Part shown: positions 57,002-64,000 of the stretch, piece by piece
Numbering within the stretch: the stretch's first letter is position 1
Layout: each line of letters begins with the position of its first letter
From: Andalucia godoyi And28
Taxonomy: Eukaryota > Protista > Jakobida
Direction: 5' to 3'
NCBI GenBank assembly: GCA_009859145.1
Contig: VRVR01000038.1
Coordinates: forward strand, 124,001-188,000
DNA length: 64,000 nt
Translations under genes and position numbers: made by a program
The notes under the pieces: model-generated
What the model was told of the DNA's origin: nothing
Databases searched by the model: none
What the model saw: only the letters and a program-made list of their open reading frames with translations

Positions 57002-60000
57002 ATGTCGCTGATTTCAAAAGTGATTTCGCGATTCCAGGATCTTGAGAATGCAAAAAAGTCAGAGCTCTCAGCAGCATATGAAAAACAAGTTGCCTGGCTC
57101 CGAGAAACAATCTCACAGTCGGCTCCTGTTCAAGCTGCACCTGTCACAGACTTTGCTGGGATTGTGTGCCCTCCAAGCGCCCGCAAGCGCAGAAGAGACG
57201 CCATTTCCGACGAGAACGCCGGCTTGCCTCCTCGACCGACTGCTTCAAAGCGAGATTCAGGCACAAGGAACGCACTTTCAGAAGTGGACCAAAACGCAAG
57301 CACTCGACGAAGCAGCAGACTTGCGCAGAACAAATCAAGACTTTCTGTGTCTGCGGTCTTGGAGTTTTCAGATGAAGTCCTTCAGCAGCAGCAAGAAACT
57401 GAATCATCATCGTCATCGCCATCGGTTGTTGGTGTTGCTGCCACGACTTCGAAATCTGCAGCGAAATTCGAGTCCTTGCAAAGTCGAACTGGGTCCCAAG
57501 AAACACAAGCGGAGTCTGAGACTGCAGAGTTTGAGAGATTGGAGCGGGAGTCTCTCGAGCAGGGAGATCCTTCCATGACTCGTCGCTCATCACGTCTTCG
57601 ATCGACCCGAACCTCAACATCAATAGCGTCGCAGTCGGATAGAGGGTCTCTACTTCCTGTTGCTGTTGTTGTTTCCTCTTCGTCTTGCGCGGAGTATTCC
57701 GATGCGGTGACTGCGACTGCAAGACCGAAGCGTGCGCAGAAAAAGAAGGATGCAACAGACACGTCTGTGCTGGACACATCATCTGTATCAAATGTCGAGC
57801 CGTCAGCGCACCGTGCGGACGAGAGTTCCGATTCAATCGGCAAGCAGGACGCATCCATGGACCCAGAATCAGAGAGCCAAAAGACAAGGTATTCTCTGCG
57901 AAGCTCCAACGCTTCCTTTTCCTCTGCTCTTTCCACAACTTCGTCCGTTACGTCTCGACGAACTCGCAGAACTAGGGCGCAAAAGGCTGCTGACGACGAC
58001 TTTGCGATTGCCGTTGCAAACGGAGCGGTATCGCATCAGGATCCCGCGACCCCAGCTGATCAGACGATTCCCTTAGAACATTCATTCGCCATTGCACAGG
58101 CCTCCATTGTTCCATCAGTCTCAGAAGTCGAAATCTCCAAGCCAAAAACGCGCCGCGGAAAGGCCAGGGCCTCCGTGTCTTCAGTGTCGTCGGCGGGTCT
58201 CTCTGAAGCGGCTACCGTTGCGGCCGATCCAAAGCTGACGGCCACTGATGCTGAAGCTGCTGCACCAGCACCGGCCTCGGTCGACGCCTCAGAGGTTGTT
58301 GTTGTATTGAAAAAGATGGATGTCAATTCGTCCATTGCATCAGAGGACGTTCCAAGACTGACCCGCAGACAGATTGCTCTCCTGCAGAAACAACAGAACA
58401 CAGTCTCTCATGTTATTGATGACGATGTTGCCTCCGTCAGCTCGCAAATCTCTGCAAAAGAGGATCGTGTTTCCGCACGACAGTCCGTCTCCTCGGAGCT
58501 TGCTATTCAAACAAGGGGTCGCAAAACAACGGCCACAACAACCGCTCGCAGGAAAAATGTCTTGGATGACACCACAGACATTGCGTCTTCTGATGCGGAG
58601 CCACTCGTGGAAGCAGAAAGTCCTGCAGTGGTTCCGGTGTCTGCACCGTCGACAGTCGACGTGACCCTCGCTGCTTCCTCCCAAGCTTCTGTGCGAGATT
58701 CTCTGGGGTCCATTCAACTGGATATTCAAACCAAACCAAAGCGAGGAGGTCGTGGAAAGAAGAAAAATGTTCTTGAAGAGTCCATTGCTGTCGAATCTGC
58801 TCAGCCGACAGAGGCTACGGGCACCAGTGTGTTGATGGTCACTATTGATGAACCACAAACAGAAGCCGCCGCCTCTGTGTCTGTTATGGAATCGGAAACT
58901 TCTGTCCAGCTTGATGTCCAGACCAGACCTCGCAGGGGCGGTCGTCGCATCGCAAAGAAGAATGTGTTGGATGATTCTGTTGCCTCCGAGTCCTCTGAAG
59001 CGCCATCGAAAACGACTGAAGAAGTCCCTCTTCCATCGGGCCCAGATCTTGCAGAAGTCCTTTCAGATTCTGGAAGTGTTTCATCCTCTAACTCTACAGC
59101 GGAGAAGCCTTCCGGAAGACCGAAACGTGGAAATGCCAGAGCCAAGAAGCCGCAGCATCCACCAACCTCATCCAGTTCGTCAGCGTCAATCGAAGAAGTA
59201 GACGTCGCAGTGGTGTCTGATGTTTCTCTGCTCACCGAAGCAACCGCTACCAAGCGGCCCTCTTTAGAGATGACTGCAACCGTGTCTGCGGCTGCCGAGG
59301 TAGTTGTTGAAGCTCCTCAGCCAAAGAAGAAGAAGAAGACGACAGGAACGGCAGCAGCAACAGAAAAGGATGTGATCTCTGCAACGGTGGAAATCAGCTT
59401 GATTGCAGAAGGCCCTCGCGACTCTTCCATTGTTGGCTCTGAGAATGAGGAGTTCTTCGATGTTCAGTCGGAAGGCTTTGAAATGGATCCTTCTGTCGTT
59501 CTTTCCCCAGCACCAAAACGTCAACGCCTTTCGGGGCAGCAAGCCGAAACCAGCTTTTTTGCACCAGACGTGTCGGATTCACCTCTTGTGATGCACAATC
59601 AGCGAGCCCCGTCCGGTGCAAGAGTACTGTCAGCGCAAGAAGGCGTGGAGCCAGTGGTCGTGATTTCAAGCTGCGAACCGGAGCGTCAAATTGTCGAAAC
59701 AAAGGATTTCCATGGTGAGGCCATCGAGATATCAGATGACTCAGTACCGGTTGTTGAGGATGCTTCGTTCATGTTGCACAAGACGGAAGCTTCGTTTTTG
59801 GCGCCACCGACGGCAGCTGCTCATCCAACTCCCATGCAGGATTTCACGGTTCACTCGATTGACGTTTTGTCCATTCCAGATCAAGCCGCCACCCAAGGAG
59901 CCGAAACCGTTTCACAGGTTCTCGCTATCGAGCAGGAAGAAGAAGAGGAAGATTACTCAAAGGCCGCATTCGAACAAAATGCTTCCGATGCTTTGCATGT

Positions 60001-61747
60001 CGAAGAGGAAGCAAATCCCGACAGAGATTGTGAGTTGCCTGAAGTTATCTTGGATCACGAGGACGTCGGAACTGTAACTCAAATTATTCCTGCCACAAAC
60101 ATTGTGTCCGGAGTGAAGTCTTTCCTGGATGAAGCCCGTAAGGCACAACAGATGGCAGCAACAGATGGCAAGAAGCCGCTTCAGGTCAAGGCGCTCAAGC
60201 TTGCCGAGGCTGCGAAGAAGGCAGAGGAGCGAAGACAAAAGGAACGCGAGGATAAGAGAGTGAAGCTTGCTCAACATCTCGAGATTGCGAGGCTGGAGAA
60301 GGAGAAGAGACAAGAGGATGAGAAGAGGAAACGAGAAGAGGACAAGATCAAGCGAGAGATGCAACTCAAGGAAGACGAAGACAAGAGAAGACGAGCCGTT
60401 GACGAAAAACTGAAGCGAGCAGAAGAGCGTCGTCAACAAGTCCAGCAGATTCTCCGGAAGAAGGATCCGAAAGATGAAGTGAAGGCTTTCACAGCGACCT
60501 CTGAGCAGCCTTCTGTGATCATGGACCTCGATGTGTCATGCATCAGCCATAACGATAGAGACAAGGCGAGCATGATTTTGAATGCGTCTGCAACAGGGAA
60601 TACATCTGTTTTGGATAGTTCCATCGTGTGCGGTCCCGCAGGAGGGATGAACACGTCGGCCATGTCTTCATCGTCGATTTCCCACCCACCCAAGTCAACT
60701 TTGGACTCCATCAAGAGCGCAATTTCGTCGCTGCTTCAATCCTCGTCGTCTTCCTCGCAGAACAAGCCAGCAGCCCCGTCGACACTGCCGATCTCCTCCA
60801 ACTTGACACACAATTCCACGGCTGCTGCCAGTGGCTCATCTTTCTTGTTGTCAACAAGCGTGCCCACGTCTTCCACTGCAGCGGTGTCGCAACTGTCGAC
60901 ATCTTTGTATGCGGAATCCAGAGCTGGGCTTGATGACTTCCACAATTTTGGCAGCAGTGCCGCCACAAAGGTCGGTGTCATTCCAGGCTTTTCCAACTCG
61001 TTCATGTCTGATTTTTCTGTCAACAACTCTCTTCCATCTTCTTGTGCTTCCTCTCCCGTGCATTCACTGTCGCCATTGAAGCCTGCCAAGGCGCCCCTCC
61101 GAAGCTCCAACACCGCAAACATGCCTCCTCCTCCGCCAACGACAACGGCCACGACTACCATGACTTATGGCGGATCTACCGCTGCAAGCATGCCTTCTTC
61201 TTCGATATCAGTCCCGCCCAACAACGTCTTTTCAGCATCAGCATCTGTTGTCACCGTCATGCCGCAAGTGCAAGCTGTTCTACCGTCGGCGCTGACAAAG
61301 GCGACCTCCATTGCATCCCTTTCCGCAGCCTCTACCCTTTCCATATCCGCATCCGCCGCGTCGCAGCTGGATCTTTCCAAGTCCCAGGCTGCAGGAACTC
61401 GTTTTGTCATTCCAGAGGACAAGGAGCACAGTGACTCGGAGGACGAAGAGGATGACGAAGAGGAAACGGTGCAGAAGAAAAAGTCAAAGGACGAGGATCC
61501 TCGGATTCCGTCGTGGGCACGCGGTGAAATTCTTGATGAAACGGTGAAGAACCAGGCGCGTTCCGGCACGGATCCGGATGAGATCTTCGGCGTTTCTGAA
61601 AAGTCGTGTGATCTCGAGTCCGTTTTTGGAGAGGGAAAGAAGCGCTACAAGAGAAGAACAAGCTCTTCGAACTGGTCCCGCGACCACTTCACAAAGCTGG
61701 AAGAACTCGAGTATAAGAAGGCCATGGGGTTCAAGGGGTTCCGTTAA
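57002..61747 (+). CDS. INCENP: INCENP (chromosomal passenger complex scaffold), ~1581 aa
   Basis: C-terminal IN-box IPSWA...DPDEIFG....CDLESVF.....YKRRTSSSNW, preceded by an E/K/R single-alpha-helix region. Confidence 0.9.
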   Translation: MSLISKVISRFQDLENAKKSELSAAYEKQVAWLRETISQSAPVQAAPVTDFAGIVCPPSARKRRRDAISDENAGLPPRPTASKRDSGTRNALSEVDQNASTRRSSRLAQNKSRLSVSAVLEFSDEVLQQQQETESSSSSPSVVGVAATTSKSAAKFESLQSRTGSQETQAESETAEFERLERESLEQGDPSMTRRSSRLRSTRTSTSIASQSDRGSLLPVAVVVSSSSCAEYSDAVTATARPKRAQKKKDATDTSVLDTSSVSNVEPSAHRADESSDSIGKQDASMDPESESQKTRYSLRSSNASFSSALSTTSSVTSRRTRRTRAQKAADDDFAIAVANGAVSHQDPATPADQTIPLEHSFAIAQASIVPSVSEVEISKPKTRRGKARASVSSVSSAGLSEAATVAADPKLTATDAEAAAPAPASVDASEVVVVLKKMDVNSSIASEDVPRLTRRQIALLQKQQNTVSHVIDDDVASVSSQISAKEDRVSARQSVSSELAIQTRGRKTTATTTARRKNVLDDTTDIASSDAEPLVEAESPAVVPVSAPSTVDVTLAASSQASVRDSLGSIQLDIQTKPKRGGRGKKKNVLEESIAVESAQPTEATGTSVLMVTIDEPQTEAAASVSVMESETSVQLDVQTRPRRGGRRIAKKNVLDDSVASESSEAPSKTTEEVPLPSGPDLAEVLSDSGSVSSSNSTAEKPSGRPKRGNARAKKPQHPPTSSSSSASIEEVDVAVVSDVSLLTEATATKRPSLEMTATVSAAAEVVVEAPQPKKKKKTTGTAAATEKDVISATVEISLIAEGPRDSSIVGSENEEFFDVQSEGFEMDPSVVLSPAPKRQRLSGQQAETSFFAPDVSDSPLVMHNQRAPSGARVLSAQEGVEPVVVISSCEPERQIVETKDFHGEAIEISDDSVPVVEDASFMLHKTEASFLAPPTAAAHPTPMQDFTVHSIDVLSIPDQAATQGAETVSQVLAIEQEEEEEDYSKAAFEQNASDALHVEEEANPDRDCELPEVILDHEDVGTVTQIIPATNIVSGVKSFLDEARKAQQMAATDGKKPLQVKALKLAEAAKKAEERRQKEREDKRVKLAQHLEIARLEKEKRQEDEKRKREEDKIKREMQLKEDEDKRRRAVDEKLKRAEERRQQVQQILRKKDPKDEVKAFTATSEQPSVIMDLDVSCISHNDRDKASMILNASATGNTSVLDSSIVCGPAGGMNTSAMSSSSISHPPKSTLDSIKSAISSLLQSSSSSSQNKPAAPSTLPISSNLTHNSTAAASGSSFLLSTSVPTSSTAAVSQLSTSLYAESRAGLDDFHNFGSSAATKVGVIPGFSNSFMSDFSVNNSLPSSCASSPVHSLSPLKPAKAPLRSSNTANMPPPPPTTTATTTMTYGGSTAASMPSSSISVPPNNVFSASASVVTVMPQVQAVLPSALTKATSIASLSAASTLSISASAASQLDLSKSQAAGTRFVIPEDKEHSDSEDEEDDEEETVQKKKSKDEDPRIPSWARGEILDETVKNQARSGTDPDEIFGVSEKSCDLESVFGEGKKRYKRRTSSSNWSRDHFTKLEELEYKKAMGFKGFR

Positions 61748-62112
61748 GAACCACCCCTCCTCCCCCCAGGGCTCCTTTTTGTGTGTATAAAGGATATTAA
61801 CCAAAAAAATTGCCCCCCTTGATGGGGGTTCAAACACTGTGTGAAGAATGGACAAGTCTGTTTATTGCGGACTCTCGAGCAAATAACCTGAAAACGATTT
61901 ACACAAACATACGCATACGTGCATGCAAACACAAAAAGCATACAGACAAGCAGACACAAACAAGCACACATCCCACGTCTATTGGCAACAGTGGAAACAC
62001 ATCATATACAACAACAAAAAACTGTCAAAAAGCAACCTTGACATTATAACAATTCAGTATCCTTAATTTAGCGACCTAGCGACCTCCCCTTCCTACCATG
62101 ACGCCACCACGA

Positions 62113-63702
62113 TTACTCATATTCTAGAGAATCATCAAGAGCGACTCCCTCAAGCAGCTTCTTGTTGATCTTCTTCTCCGTTTCAGTCATGGTGAACTCC
62201 TTCTTCAGCCGCTTTGCTTCTTCCAGCTGTCGTGCAAATTCATTCTTGTTCTTTTCTTGCTGCAAGCGCTTACGCTCAATGGCCTGTCGTCTGCGCTCTT
62301 CCTCTTCCAGTCCAATTTTCCGGAGCTGTTGGCCAAATCGCTTTTCATCCTGTTTTTCCTGTTCCTTTTGTTGTTCACGAAGCATGACCTGGGACTGCAG
62401 AGACTCTCTGATTCTATCCTTTTCCGCCTGACGACGAGCACGCCGCTCAGCTTCCAAGCGATCCTGCTTTTCGTGCATTTCACGCTGCTGACGCTCGGCT
62501 CGGTCCTCATCTTCCTTTGCCTTGCTGAGCACATTGGCTTGCACCGCTGCATTGAGCTGCATGTTCCGCTGCTGACGCGCAAACGTCTTCTCGAAGGCCG
62601 CAGTTCGCGCCTTTTCCTGCGCCTCCAATCGCGCTGCATATTCGCGTTGTAACCGCAATTCGTACTCGGCTTCCTGCTTTGCAACCTGCTCACGCTCCGC
62701 AAGGACCTTTACATTGAACTCCATGGCCTTGATGAACTCGACTTTCTTTTCCTCCTTTTTGCGCTTATCACGTTCGGCTTCCCTCTTCAGGTCTTCCTTG
62801 ATACGGGCAAGCTCGCTTTCTTCTTCTTTGCGACGTTGCTCGATTTCAGTCAGCCGCTTGTTCTGCACAAGCTCCAGCTGAACATCAAGCATCTTCTTCA
62901 CCTCAAGATCCTTTTGTTTTTGGACAAGCTTCTTCCTCTCTTCCACATTCCGCCAGTCGGAAACCTGTTCCTGCTCGATCACCGCGTACATCGCTTCAAA
63001 CTTTTTCGACACATCCTCCTTGGCAACCTTTTCCTGCAACTGGCGATCCAGTGCCGATCGGATCTGAATTTTCTGTTCATGCTTTTTCTGCGCCGACTTT
63101 GCTTGCTCTTGCTTATAGTGCTCAACATCCTTCTCCAGAATGCACGCCCACGCATCCTTCTGACGACGAAGCACAGACGACGTGACAGACTCAGGCCCAT
63201 TCGAGCCCCCTGTCCCATATCCGCGCAGCGCAGCGTCTGCTTCGACATAATCCGCCATCGTTCGCGAGACCATGCTGCTGCCGCCGTGGTTATTACTACT
63301 TTGATGATGGTTGTTGCCATTGGCATTGGCATTAGCATTGCCGTTGCCGTTGCCGTTGGATTTGTTCTCAGAATTGCTGATCTTGGGCAGCGATGGCGAT
63401 GCCGAGTTTCTAGCAGTAGAGCTCTTTGGCTTCCGTGAAGATGCCTCGACTGGGTGATCCGGAGCATTGAGCTGGCTCATAATGGCGTTCAAATCCTTTT
63501 CAGTCGGAGCAGACGTCTTCGAAAAGACCAAGTCTTCGACAAGATGCTGTGCAAAAGCAACCTCGTTTCCCGAAAGCTGGGTGTTATGGCGATGAAGATA
63601 CTTTTCCTGGATTCGCAAAAGCAACAAATCACGAAGCTTCGATCGGCGATCAATTGCAGACCGATCCGCATTCGACAAGCCCGAAGCTGAGCGCTTAATC
63701 AT
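62113..63702 (-). CDS. Coiled-coil protein, TPH-domain-like (possibly cilium/flagellum-associated), 529 aa
   Basis: Continuous E/K/Q/R-rich helix, aa ~185-515, with periodic LxxQ motifs; family assignment is inference. Confidence 0.75.
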   Translation of the reverse strand: MIKRSASGLSNADRSAIDRRSKLRDLLLLRIQEKYLHRHNTQLSGNEVAFAQHLVEDLVFSKTSAPTEKDLNAIMSQLNAPDHPVEASSRKPKSSTARNSASPSLPKISNSENKSNGNGNGNANANANGNNHHQSSNNHGGSSMVSRTMADYVEADAALRGYGTGGSNGPESVTSSVLRRQKDAWACILEKDVEHYKQEQAKSAQKKHEQKIQIRSALDRQLQEKVAKEDVSKKFEAMYAVIEQEQVSDWRNVEERKKLVQKQKDLEVKKMLDVQLELVQNKRLTEIEQRRKEEESELARIKEDLKREAERDKRKKEEKKVEFIKAMEFNVKVLAEREQVAKQEAEYELRLQREYAARLEAQEKARTAAFEKTFARQQRNMQLNAAVQANVLSKAKEDEDRAERQQREMHEKQDRLEAERRARRQAEKDRIRESLQSQVMLREQQKEQEKQDEKRFGQQLRKIGLEEEERRRQAIERKRLQQEKNKNEFARQLEEAKRLKKEFTMTETEKKINKKLLEGVALDDSLEYE

Positions 63703-64000
63703 TTCTCAAACCAGATGAAAAAAAGGTACCAAAAACAAAAATAAAAACAAGGACGCACACAGCAAAGAGCAGATTCAACAAACTACAAACTACTCGACAG
63801 TAACAATAACGATAACTGAAACATACAAAAGAAAGAGGATAAATACAAGAAATAAAAGAACGTGATTTGGCGGAGGTTTTCATAGCAACGGTTTTGTTGC
63901 GAACGGTTTTTGAGCCTTTCGATAACCATTGGGGGAAATGCTGTAGTGCGTACGATAAGATTTCCTTGTATGAAGTGTCCGCACGAGCGCATCTGTTTCT

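Overview
Gene-dense, nearly intron-free eukaryotic (protist) DNA with about 30 protein-coding genes. Recognisable housekeeping genes include sideroflexin, RRP46, Raptor, SRP40/NOLC1, citrate synthase, an inositol 5-phosphatase, LMBRD1, aldolase, LIG4, DPM1, GOT2, Rab18, a CNG channel, FNTB, succinyl-CoA ligase beta and INCENP. The gene mix suggests a discoban flagellate, probably a jakobid (inference). The ORF track misses the most interesting signal: three decayed Fanzor2/IS607-TnpB-derived elements (1-348, ~17130-17678, 27848-28408). Two of them keep a shared, covarying, structured 3' end that looks like an omegaRNA scaffold ending ...ATGTAGGC, followed by different flanks (candidate guides). 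A second, unidentified ~680-bp interspersed repeat occurs three times and has a similarly organised 3' end. Also present: a stand-alone GspE/PilB N2-domain protein with a presequence-like N-terminus (candidate mitochondrial T2SS-derived component), a prokaryote-like AlkD gene tail-to-tail with LIG4, and an atypical homeodomain protein. All homology calls come from motif recognition by eye; no searches were run.
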